Source: a bacterium
GTDB lineage: Bacteria > Hinthialibacterota > Hinthialibacteria > Hinthialibacterales > Hinthialibacteraceae
Reading direction: 5' to 3'
DNA: 17,969 nt
Assembly (NCBI GenBank): GCA_963663405.2
Contig: CAXXSM010000015.1
Location: 1 to 17,969 of the forward strand
The notes under the pieces are model-generated. The model was not told the origin of the DNA. It was given only the letters and a program-made list of their open reading frames with translations, and ran no database searches. This document shows positions 7,561 through 17,072 of this stretch, in pieces; within the stretch, counting starts at the first letter, position 1, and every line of letters begins with the position of its first letter. A program made the translations under genes and the position numbers.

Positions 7561-9588
7561 TTAACTCGGATACTGGAGAGGAGAAATTTTATGCTCTATC
7601 GCGTAATCATAGAAAGACTTTGGTGTGATCTTTGTTTTGGTTTCTTCCCATTCTGCTTGAGCCGCTTTGTGACAATCTCCTTCATTATCTTTGAGTAACC
7701 TTTCTCTCCTTTTCTTCATTTCTTCATCTGTCTTTCTTCCTTTCTTCCTCACTGGAGAATTGGTGTCACTAGAATTATTCAATAAAAGAAAAGCAATATA
7801 GGTATCCATGGCAGAAGGAAAGTGGTTTTCTGTATAGTCAATTAACATGCAATCGTCCCATTCATACATAAGGGATCTTTTCCGTTCAAGAATCATGCGA
7901 TTCTCGTCTTCATTAAACCGTTTTTGGTCCTGCGTAGTTAAATCGTTCAGTTGCTGATCGCATACTTCCATTTCTTTGATAATTTCATAAATCCTCTTTT
8001 TATTCTCTTCAAGTACATCTGGATATATTTTGATAATATCTTGTGGTGTGATAATAAGTGGCGTATCTGATTCACCAGTTTCAAATATAATATATGTCGC
8101 TAATCGGCTGACTAGATTCCTCATTTCCCGAATGTTACCTTTGCTGAAAGGAAATGACGAAAACATTGATAACGCGGTTGGTTCAATTTTGATTGAATAA
8201 TCGTCCATCAATTTCTTTGCTAGGATCATTCGATCGTTTTCCCGTTTCCGGAGTGGTGGAACATTGATTTCATTTCTAAGACCCAATCGCCATAGCAAAT
8301 CAGGTATCACTCTTTTTTGTAACTTATTCACTGAAAGGTTTGAAGCGGCAATGATAGTCGCTTGGGTTGTCTCACAATCCTCTGGATCGGATCCAAGTTT
8401 ATTAAATCTGTTATCTTCGACGACTCGTAATAACATGGCTTGTATGTTTTTATCTAAATGATGAAATTCATCAAGGAATACTACATTATCTTTTGCGGTT
8501 TCAAATAATCCCCTTCTATCTTTTTCAGCGCCGGTGAAAGCACCCTTTGTGTGACCAAAAAGTTCGGAATAGCCAAGGTTGTCAGGAATGCTGGCGCAAT
8601 TGATTGAATGTACTTTTTTGCCAATAAGTGTTCCAATCGCTTTACAGACGAGTTCTTTTCCGGTTCCGCTTTCACCTAAGACCAATAAATGTCTGTTGCT
8701 GTACAGAGATGAAACCTTTGTTTTCTTACTAACCTTTTGGAGTCTTGCCGCATGAGCATTGATCACTTTCATCAGATCCAGAAGCAAACCACTATTACCA
8801 TCCCATTTTTTAAAAGCCCCTTTTGATTTCCTTTTAAGATTTATAATTTCATCATTATCATTGACAGATTTTTCTGCTGTTTCAATTATCTTTAAAGTCA
8901 GTGACTGCCATTGGCTATACGTTTTTCGATCATTATCATCTATACAATGCCATCTTATCGCTTGCTGATTCGCATCTCGTAAAATGGTAAGAATCGGATC
9001 TAATTTTTCAAATTCACCAACTCTTATATAGATCTCCGCTAGCCAGTCATTCAGTGTCCAATATACTTCTTGAAAACGCTGTTGAAGCGTTATTTTTGAA
9101 TTCTTATAGTGTTTTAGTATTTGTTTACTCTTTTGAGAGAGTAAAGTAAATTCAATTAATATTTGTAGCAAATCAATGAATTCCGATGGAATATAATTCC
9201 ATTTCCCTTTTGTCCAGGGAGACATTTTGGTTGGATCATCTTTTTGCAGATCACTGACTAACTTGCTTACTGGATATTCGACCTTATCATCCAATAGGGG
9301 GAAGAATTGATTAGTACGACTCATATCATACAGACAATCCACGAGTAACTTTGAAAATCCTCCATCGGGCAAGTATTTCAAATAAAGTGATTCAACATAG
9401 TGTCTTTCTAATTTCAAATTTCCTAACGCTTGGATAAAATTCTTCTCTATCCAATCTTCGAATTTCTCAAGTTCTTTTTGATCACCAATTCTTTCACTTA
9501 ATAGCGTATAATTTTGCTGGTCTTTAATAGAGTCTTTTGAGAGTTTGAGAATTGTTTTTTTTTGTTTTGCCATCGCACCGATCCTCAA
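7561..9588 (-). CDS. Sigma54-dependent enhancer-binding protein (AAA+) with unrecognised N-terminal domain
   Basis: Walker A GESGTGKE, NCASIP...SELFGHTKGAFTGA, Walker B VFLDE, QAMLLRVVE, DLLWRL and sensor II GNIREMRN. C-terminal Fis-like HTH variant (LLKDNEGDCHKAA...ITPKSFY). Probable start ATG 9573 with GAGGA RBS, directly after the integrase stop. Confidence 0.92.
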   Translation of the reverse strand: MRIGAMAKQKKTILKLSKDSIKDQQNYTLLSERIGDQKELEKFEDWIEKNFIQALGNLKLERHYVESLYLKYLPDGGFSKLLVDCLYDMSRTNQFFPLLDDKVEYPVSKLVSDLQKDDPTKMSPWTKGKWNYIPSEFIDLLQILIEFTLLSQKSKQILKHYKNSKITLQQRFQEVYWTLNDWLAEIYIRVGEFEKLDPILTILRDANQQAIRWHCIDDNDRKTYSQWQSLTLKIIETAEKSVNDNDEIINLKRKSKGAFKKWDGNSGLLLDLMKVINAHAARLQKVSKKTKVSSLYSNRHLLVLGESGTGKELVCKAIGTLIGKKVHSINCASIPDNLGYSELFGHTKGAFTGAEKDRRGLFETAKDNVVFLDEFHHLDKNIQAMLLRVVEDNRFNKLGSDPEDCETTQATIIAASNLSVNKLQKRVIPDLLWRLGLRNEINVPPLRKRENDRMILAKKLMDDYSIKIEPTALSMFSSFPFSKGNIREMRNLVSRLATYIIFETGESDTPLIITPQDIIKIYPDVLEENKKRIYEIIKEMEVCDQQLNDLTTQDQKRFNEDENRMILERKRSLMYEWDDCMLIDYTENHFPSAMDTYIAFLLLNNSSDTNSPVRKKGRKTDEEMKKRRERLLKDNEGDCHKAAQAEWEETKTKITPKSFYDYAIEHKISPLQYPS

Positions 9589-10701
9589 TCCTTACTAGAC
9601 AAATTGGATATACTTTCTATCGCTCGCCGCTTCTGGTCTTCCAGTGATGTTAAATAACGCATCGTTGTTGTGATTGTGCTGTGTCCAAGAAGTTGTTGGA
9701 CGGTTCGGATATCGGCGCCTCGTCTCAACATGCGGGAGGCAGCCGTATGTCGAAGGTCATGAAATTTGAATCGTTCTATCTTTGCCGCTTTTAATAATCT
9801 GGGAAAGTCCTTGATAACAGTAATGGGTTTTGATGGATCTCTTAATAATGGAAATAAATAACCAGATTCTTTTTTATTCATTTTGAGTTCTTCGAGTAGA
9901 ATGGTTGGGATAGGAACTTTCCGCCTACGGCTTTTCGTATCCTGCAAATCAAAAATGTTGTTTTCTAAATCCACATAGTTAATACGTTTCCCACTCGTCC
10001 AATTCCATTGAAGGGTAAATATCTCTCCCCGCCGCATCCCTGTATATAACGCAATTAATACGATCAGCCGAATCCGGTCAAACCGCTTATCTTCCAAGGC
10101 AGAGAGTAAATCGCTCCACTTCATCTTCATTCAGTATCCTTTCACGATGCTCAGTCTCTTTCAAGAACTTGAATCCACACATGGGATTCTTGATGATCTT
10201 TTCCGTCTGCAGCCCCCAATTGAGAAGACGCCTTAATTCAGAGAGTTCCCGGTTGATTGTCGATGGAGAAACTGGTTTCTTTGTTTTTTCTGTCAGAGAA
10301 GAGAGTCGCTCTTTGACATATTGACCGAGTCGTTCGTGAGTGATACTTTCCACTGTAGGAAATCGTTCAAGAAAACGGCTCATAAGCTTGGTGTGGTTAC
10401 GAATACGATTTATATCCCACTGGCTCTCGAAAGCTTCCCGATAACTACACTCGAGTTTTGTCAGATTCGTGAGTTTATCATTGTCATATCCATTGAGTCC
10501 GATTTTACCGCCGGTTGATATTTCAGCGGCGAGGACGGCGGCGATTTTTTCCGCGTGAGTTTTGGTGGTAGGTCGTTCATTGGTAATCGGATCACGCAGA
10601 GATCGCATAATCATTTTCCCGCCGGGTTTCTTAATCCGTAAATACCAATACCGGCCACGCTTGAATAAACACCCAGTTCCTGCTGTTCGACGTGTTTTCA
10701 T
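9585..10701 (-). CDS. Tyrosine recombinase/phage integrase, split by one +1 frameshift near 10109
   Basis: N-terminal arm-binding-like MKTRRTAGTGCLFKRGRYWY and core-binding SPSTINRELSELRRLL. Removing one T from CGATTTACTC joins ERILNEDEVER to LLSALED...YTGMRRGEI...KS...FHDLRHTAAS...LLGHSTITTTMRY, giving the full R-K-H-R-H-Y set. ATG 10701 with GAGG RBS. Confidence 0.92.
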
Positions 10702-10722
10702 CCTATGCCTCACTGATGACAG

Positions 10723-10777
10723 AAGTGATTACTCCAGAGAATCACTTTATTGTACCAGAAGGTACTTGGTTATACAA
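10723..10777 (-). promoter_or_regulatory. Sigma70 promoter of the int-bEBP operon with a downstream operator-like palindrome
   Basis: Minus strand TTGTAT (10777-10772), 17 bp, TACAAT (10754-10749) with extended TGn. Inverted repeat AAGTGATT-9 bp-AATCACTT at 10723-10747 covers the predicted start. Confidence 0.6.
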
Positions 10778-11164
10778 GAAAACACTAAAAATTTTTCCTG
10801 TAAATTACAGATATAGATATTCTTATAATCAATAAAAACAGTATGATACGTATATGTCACTGAGATAATTAGAGATATGGAAGAGTGATCATTAATGAGG
10901 AGATATAATTAGTACACGGATGCAAAAGCCTTGTTCTTGCTGAGTCAACGTTTGATACACTCCAGAATTAGACATTCAATTGAATTGCGAGATGATAATT
11001 CAAAAAGCTATCATACCAGCCCAATGCGTGGACAATATGAGTCTTTTCGCAATCATCGGAATTGATACATGAATTGCGTCTATAGAGGTTCAGTTTAAGA
11101 GTATTTATTGAAAAAAAATCATATGATATAACATGAATAAGTCAAGCGATTAGTAATACTCCCA

Positions 11165-11187
11165 TTCGATTCCTGCTTGACAGCACC
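11165..11187 (+). other. Possible tRNA 3'-end remnant (candidate att site)
   Basis: TTCGATTCCTGCTTGACAGCACC looks like T-loop, T-stem 3' strand, acceptor 3' strand and ACC, with no 5' half. It is one nt longer than a standard 7-bp acceptor. About 460 bp upstream of int, near the composition shift. Confidence 0.35.
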
Positions 11188-11341
11188 GCACATTTCTTCC
11201 CCGTTTACACTTGATTTGCTGAAGGGAAATCGTAAGTGGCTCATTTTGTATAACTTTACTTTTTCGATTTCTTAAAAATGACCTTCGCGTATAGAAGATG
11301 AATAAAACTGAAATTCATCGTATGTTTTCTATCTGTATCAG

Positions 11342-11350
11342 TGATATAAT
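11342..11350 (+). promoter_or_regulatory. Extended -10 promoter for the secreted protein gene
   Basis: TGATATAAT (TGn-TATAAT) about 90 bp before ATG 11442, which has a GGAGG RBS at 11429-11433. Confidence 0.45.
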
Positions 11351-11441
11351 AAATCGTTAGGTGGATGTATTCAGTGTAGTTAATCCAAATTGGATGGGCA
11401 GGGATTGAATTGATTCATTGCAGGAATTGGAGGGATAGGAA

Positions 11442-14194
11442 ATGAATGTGACCAGATTTCGTTTCATTCGATTGTTCCACTTATTGATTTTTTTTGCTTT
11501 TGTTGGATTGAGTTCTGTGTGGCTTTCCGCAGTCTCTGCTCAGGAAATGGGAGAGAGAGCATGGTGGGGAGTAAACACATTCACAGGTGAAACAACCCAG
11601 TTTCCTGATACGAGTGAATGGGCGAGGCCCTACAGCGTCTCTTTTTATCACGCGGGATCAATTCGCCGTCACGGATGAATACGCGTTGGCGTTTCCGAAG
11701 GATTTCGATCCGTCTAAAGCCTATCCGGTTTGGATCAAATTTCTGCCTTTCTATGGTTCACTGGCCGGGATATACCATCCCTCCTTCGCCCAGAATTTCT
11801 GCGATGAAAACCAAGTGATTTTTGTCGGTTTCGCCGCCCGTTCGAACACACCGGTGGAAGACGCGGGTGGGGCTTTTCTGGGTGACAATCCGGAGTATGG
11901 CACATTCTTTGGACCGTGGATACGCAACGACCTGAAGGAATTGATGAACGAATTGACGCGTCTCTTCCACGTGAAGTATTTTGCGTTTACCGGAGATTCA
12001 ATGGGGGGGTATTCCTCTTTCCGGATCGCTGTGGACGTGCCTCGTGATTATTTCGGCGTTGTTTGTCACGAGCTGCCCGGCAATCTTTTTCCGGGAATGG
12101 ATCACGGGGCAGGATTTAATCGCGCAAAAAGTCAAAGAAGACTGGTTTAAAGACCGGCTTGTATATGTTTTTCAAGGGATTGAAAGACGACACTGTATAT
12201 GTGGAAGACATCGACCGGCTCTATAACGACGCGCCCAGCAAGGAATGGTGGAATTATTTCCGGATCGAAGGCGCTGGTCATGAGGGATTCTTCTTGATTG
12301 AGGAAGAAGGAGGGAGATCAATGGGGCAAGGTCGTTCCTTCCGTTTCGGATAATCCCAACATCGTTTGGGATTCGGTCCGGTTATGGGAAACGGCCCATC
12401 CGGAAATCGCTGAGCACCATTCTCGAACCAATGCAAGGTTGGTCTCCACCTGACGCCAGGAATGATTGGTATATTCCCCTGGATTTAGTCGAGTGGGCGC
12501 TCGTCCAGCAAGGCGCTCCCACTTCCACGCCGGCGCCGGATCTTCCTATCACGCCGACGCAAACGCCGGGAGTACCCCAACAACCATCTCCTACGCCGGT
12601 CATCACCCAACTACCGTCTCCCACACCTGTGGATTCCATCGATTCAACAGCGCCGATAGCCCACCGGATTGTTCCATTGGAGGTGATTCTCGATGCGTGT
12701 GAATATCTTGATCAGGGAGACATCCCTACGGATGATTTCCAACCGCCCGCCGACACCATCTATGTGGCAGTGGATGGAGATGACAACAATAGCGGCGTCA
12801 TTGACGCGCCCTTTGAGCATCTCGATCAAGCCATCGGTTACGCCAATGAACATCCTGATACACCGTTAACGATCTATCTCCGGGAAGGGATTTATTATTT
12901 CAAAGATCCGCGCAATCATCCCGAAAATCCATATCTTTCCATCGACCGGGGGAATGTGTATATCGCCGGTTATCCAAATGAAAATGTGATTATCCGGCCT
13001 TTCTATTGGCCCGGCAATCCAACCGAAGAAGGGGACGAACGTGTCTTTACATTTCAAAGCGCGTATTCGGAGTTTCAAGGTCCACCTGAGAATTTCACAT
13101 TTGACAATCTCCAATTCGAAGGCTGGGCGTTGATCTTTTACATCCGATCTCCTCTCGATACACCGCCCGTCCGCAACGTGACAATCAAGAATATCACCGC
13201 CGGTCAATTCAGAACCCGTGGGGGGAACGAGGAAGATCTCACCCAGTTTCTTGAGACGGGGTATCTCGATGATGACGTTTATGGGGAAGGGAAAGTGATT
13301 TTCAACGATCCAGAAACGGCTCACTATCAGATTGAAAACCTGATTCTATCCAATGTCACGGTTCATGACGCCGATTTGCCCTGTCAATGTCGGGGATGAA
13401 AATGACGCCAATGTCAAAGGAATGCGCATCTCCCAGTTCAATGTTATCAATCCAACCCGGCAGGCGGGAGGCAGCGTCAGCGACGCGTTCGCGATCGTAA
13501 ACAGTTATAAAATCCTCATCGATCACTGCCAGTTGATAAACATCAATGATGACGGCGTCGACACCAAATCGTTCGACGCGGCGGTCGTCAATTGTTATAT
13601 CGAAGGAACAGGCCGGAACGCCGTCAAATTTTGGCGCAGTGGAGAAATCATCAATTCGATCCTCTATCATGTCACGGACATCAACGATGGGGCCATCATT
13701 GCACAAGAAGGTCCGTTCCGCATGATCAACAGCGTTCTTCTCGGCCATTCAAATGGGTACGCGGGATCCTTGAACTACGAGACTCCTACCACGGTGAAAA
13801 TGGAACTGGTGAACAGTATTTTTGGTGAAGTGAAGAGTTTTTATATCAATACCAACCGATCTGTGGGCGCGGAATAACCGGTATTTTGATATTCTCGACG
13901 GAGAGCCCTTGATCACAGGACAGCGCGATATAGAAACCGCCGAAGAATTGAACGCCCTGTCCCATTGCGGGGGGAATGTGGTTTCCACCAATCAATTTCA
14001 CCGATCCGGCGTCGGGCGATTTCACACTGCGTCCCGGCAGTGAATGGATCGATGCGGGAATCCAAGAAGGCGTCCATCTGCCTTCCTTTGATTTCCTGGG
14101 GAATCCACGCGTACAGGGGCAGGAGATTGATATCGGACCGATCGAATATCAAGAGTCAAATTCTTGTATTCAATTATGGTTTCTGCATGATTAA
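11442..14194 (+). CDS. Large secreted protein: signal peptide, alpha/beta-hydrolase, Pro/Thr linker, parallel beta-helix and choice-of-anchor-Q-like tail (multiple frameshifts; errors or pseudogene)
   Basis: Consecutive ORF fragments join by single-base shifts. Signal peptide ending AVSA-QE. Nucleophile GDSMGG, acid QG/LKDD and base GAGH. Linker PTSTPAP...PSPTP. Beta-helix start TIYVAVDGDDNNSGVIDAPF and DDGVDTK. Tail DPASGDFTLRPGSEWIDAG...DFLGNPR...DIGPIEY. Confidence 0.75.
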
Positions 14195-14580
14195 TCAGCC
14201 CGCTCAGTTCAACAATTCAGTGTAACAAGCTATGATTCGAAGACGCAGGATATTACCTTCAACGTTTTCAGTTTGAGTCCTAACTAATGGAATCTTTTTT
14301 TTAGAGCGTACTATACCTTGCAAATTCTCCCACCTCATTACCTTACTCTATGACCACAATGAACCGTTGGATTTCTATAAGGGTTTGTAAATTAAATAGT
14401 TGCGGCAGCGAATTTCCTTGTAATCAAGTATAGGTTTCAAAAATTTTCGTTTTCGTTCTGTCAAAATCCCAATAAATTCAATATCTTCCCCAAAAAAAGG
14501 CTATTTTATACGCGCATAAAATGATAAAGTATAAGTATTAGATAACCATAAAAACAGATACTTTATCGAACCGGTGAAAA

Positions 14581-15265
14581 ATGACTCCCCAACCAACACA
14601 CGATCGAAGATAAAACCCTTCAAGTTTTTCGGAAGAAAAAAGTATTGAGAATCGGCCAACTCGCCCGGCTTCTCGAACGGTCTATCCCGACTGCGCGCCG
14701 GCGGCTGAAAGAGTGGAAAACCTATACGAGTTATAACCACAACGGAAAATATTATGTGCTGCCTGACGTGCCCAAGTTTGACGCCAATGGATTATGGCAG
14801 TACGACTCGATCCGCTTCTCTCAACATGGCACGCTGAAAGAGACGGTGATCCATCTTGTGAAGAATTCGGACAGGGGGCTTTTCGCTCAAGAGATCGGCC
14901 GTCTTGTGGGGTTGGCGCCGCATTCATTCTTGTCTCATTTTCGAGGCGCGTCCGGCTTACAACGAGAACGGTTCAACGGACGATGGATTTATTTTTCCTC
15001 GGAGGAGACGATCTTGAACGTACAAAAACGGGAAAGAGAACGGTGGGCGCAAACCCAATCCACTTCGCTCCTCACAGATGCGGAAGCCGTTCAACTCCTG
15101 GTGGAAAGGATTCGACATCCCCACCTCAGTTTAGACGATCTGAGCCAGGCGCTTCATACCAAGGGGATGGCCATCTCGTCCGAATCGATTCGCCGTTTTC
15201 TCGGCCAGCACGGCCTACTAAAAAAACAACGGATACGCTCTCGTTCGACACCTGAGAACATATAA
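14581..15265 (+). CDS. IS OrfA, HTH-type DNA-binding accessory protein or transposase N-terminus
   Basis: HTH-like IGQLARLLERSIPTARRRL, then TSYNHNGKYY...GLWQY...FSQHGTLKET and a second HTH-like C-terminus. The frame is open from 14585; ATG 14581 joins it if one base of the C4 run is removed. Confidence 0.7.
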
Positions 15266-17072
15266 GAATCAATTGCTGACCAACCTTTCGGCCGCCACGT
15301 GTTTCCCGTCTCCTCCCACCCTTGTGTTTCGGCCGTCTCATCGCGTTTGTTCTTGCGGCGCGAAACTGAAAGTGCAAAAAACACACAGGAGGACTCTTGT
15401 CACCTTGGATATTGGGGAATGGCACGCGAAAGAAATCCTTTACTATTGCGATGGCTGCGGCGATCCAACGATCCATTCTTCGGAAGAGTTACAAACGCTG
15501 GCGCCCCCTCGATGTAAGTTCGGCTATGATATTTTGGTCGAGGTAGGAACCGCGTGGTTTCTCCGGCGCCGGAGTGAAACCAGTATTCAAGAAGAACTCG
15601 CCCGGAAACACATCCGGATTTCCAAGAGCGAAATCGAGTATCTCGCCCAAAAATTTATCATTTATCTGGCCGTTGTCCATCGAGAAAACGGTTCCAAAAT
15701 CAAAGAAGATATGGCGTTGCGGGGAGGCTATATTCTCCAATTGGATGGAACGTGTGAAGGGGAAAGCCCTCATTTAATGAGTGTCTTGGATGGCCTTTCC
15801 GAAATTGTTTTGGACAACGTAAAAATTCCCTCGGAAAACGCGGAACAAATCATTCCGTTTCTCTCCCGGATTAAAGAGACGTACGGTCTCCCTCAAGCGT
15901 TGGTGAGTGATATGGGAAAAGGGATTGGATTGGCCATCCAAAAAGTGTTCCCGCTCGTCCCTGCTTTCCTCTGTCATTTCCATTTTTTGCGCGATCTCGG
16001 AAACGATCTGTTCGGAATCGAAAACGATATTATTCGGACTCATTTGAAGAAGTACGGCCTGCAAAGTTTGTTGGGTAAATTGGTGAAAGAACTGAAGCCA
16101 ATTATGAAGGCCGATCCAACCGGCATTGATTCCCTCGTCACGTGTATCGAAAGCCAAAACGGGGACGAAGAAACGGCGCCGGAATTCCTGCCCGCTGTCT
16201 ATGCGTTAATTCTCTGGGGATTGGGCGCCAAACACCAAGGAGACGGCTTGGGATTTCCGTTCGATCGCCCCCATCTTGTTTTTTATCAACGGCTGGCCAT
16301 CCTGCGCTCTACCTTCACAAAAATTCAGCCGGCTCCACCCATTGACCGTCCATTGTATCAACAACTCATTTGTACATTGCAGAAGGTCATGGACGATCCG
16401 ATTCTCCACTATACCGCCTCCCAAATGCAGCAAAAGGTTCTTGTGTTCGATCGGCTGCGGAGAGCCATGCGCATCACTCTCCCCGGGAAGAAACAAGGCC
16501 TCAATGATGAGGGAGAAGATACCGATATCCGGACCATCGAAAAGGGGGTGACTGAGTTCCGCGAATGGCTCTGCGGTGATCCCACTCTTTCAGCGGATGC
16601 CGATGTACAAAAGATGATCGCGCAACTCGATAAATATTGGGAGAAACTCTTTGCCGATCCCATTGTGGTTGATACGCCGAATGGGAAAGTCACCATCCAA
16701 CCGCAAAGGACAAACAATCTGCTGGAACGCTTCTTTCGGAATTTAAAACACAGCCATTGCAAAAAAAACGGGAACGAGTTCGATGAAGAAGGTGTTAACG
16801 ACTATGCTTCCGGATACGCCTCTCGTGAAAAACCTTGAAAATCGACATTATATGGAGATGATCTTGAAGGGAAGAGCCAGCCTGGAAGAACGATTTGCTG
16901 AAATTGATTCGAACACCATTCGCGAAGAAATGAAAAAAGCCAAGATTCAGAACGAAGGAATTCCACGAAAATTAAAAAAAATCATCACCAAACACGATTT
17001 CCCTGGAATCTTGATTGAAGTGCTTTTCATAAAGACGGAATTATTAAATCCAACCGTTTGTTGGGGTCATAG
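15222..17072 (+). CDS. DDE transposase (RNase H fold, CxxH type), frameshifted at A8 16761-16768
   Basis: Zn-ribbon-like CSC...CDGC. Catalytic candidates LQLDGT, LVSDMG and RTNNLLERFFR. LCHFH (CxxH). Removing one A joins HCKK to TGTSSMKKVLTTMLPDTPLVKNLEN. Exact start and stop are uncertain; a TAG falls at the last 3 nt of the right TIR. Confidence 0.88.

Larger units (their letters stand above)
4300..11187 (-). mobile_element. Integrative, phage-satellite-like element (int - bEBP - xis - rep - dnaB - small ORF); left boundary uncertain and may include the R-M operon
   Basis: Co-oriented integrase, excisionase-like HTH, phage-type initiator with iterons and DnaB. Visibly AT-richer than the genes to the right. 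Possible tRNA 3' remnant at 11165-11187. No capsid, terminase, tail or conjugation genes in the window. Confidence 0.75.
14348..17072 (+). mobile_element. Complete 2725-bp insertion sequence, two-ORF DDE type, family unassigned
   Basis: TIRs CTATGACCACAATGAACCGTTGGATTT (14348-14374) and, reverse-complemented, CTATGACCCCAACAAACGGTTGGATTT (17046-17072): 23/27 identical. Perfect 8-bp TSD ACCTTACT at 14340-14347 and 17073-17080. Confidence 0.93.

Noticed and set aside
4490-10701. Complete prophage or conjugative ICE
   Set aside because: No structural, terminase, lysis, relaxase or T4SS genes in the window.
9585-10713. Two separate recombinase genes, or a programmed frameshift in int
   Set aside because: The halves are complementary parts of one integrase joined by removing one T. 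There is no slippery heptamer, and similar insertions occur throughout the window.
10805-11000. Scattered GAGATA(T)AATT-like repeats as integrase arm sites
   Set aside because: Short, degenerate and in AT-rich DNA; cannot be told from chance by eye.
11100-11200. Intact tRNA gene
   Set aside because: No D-arm, anticodon arm or 5' T-stem strand; at most a 3' remnant.
17-16762. Numerous short antisense or alternate-frame ORFs in the track (e.g. 17-322, 1665-1892, 5107-5484, 6029-6409, 12866-13324, 15774-16157)
   Set aside because: They are shadows of well-supported genes and have no motifs of their own.
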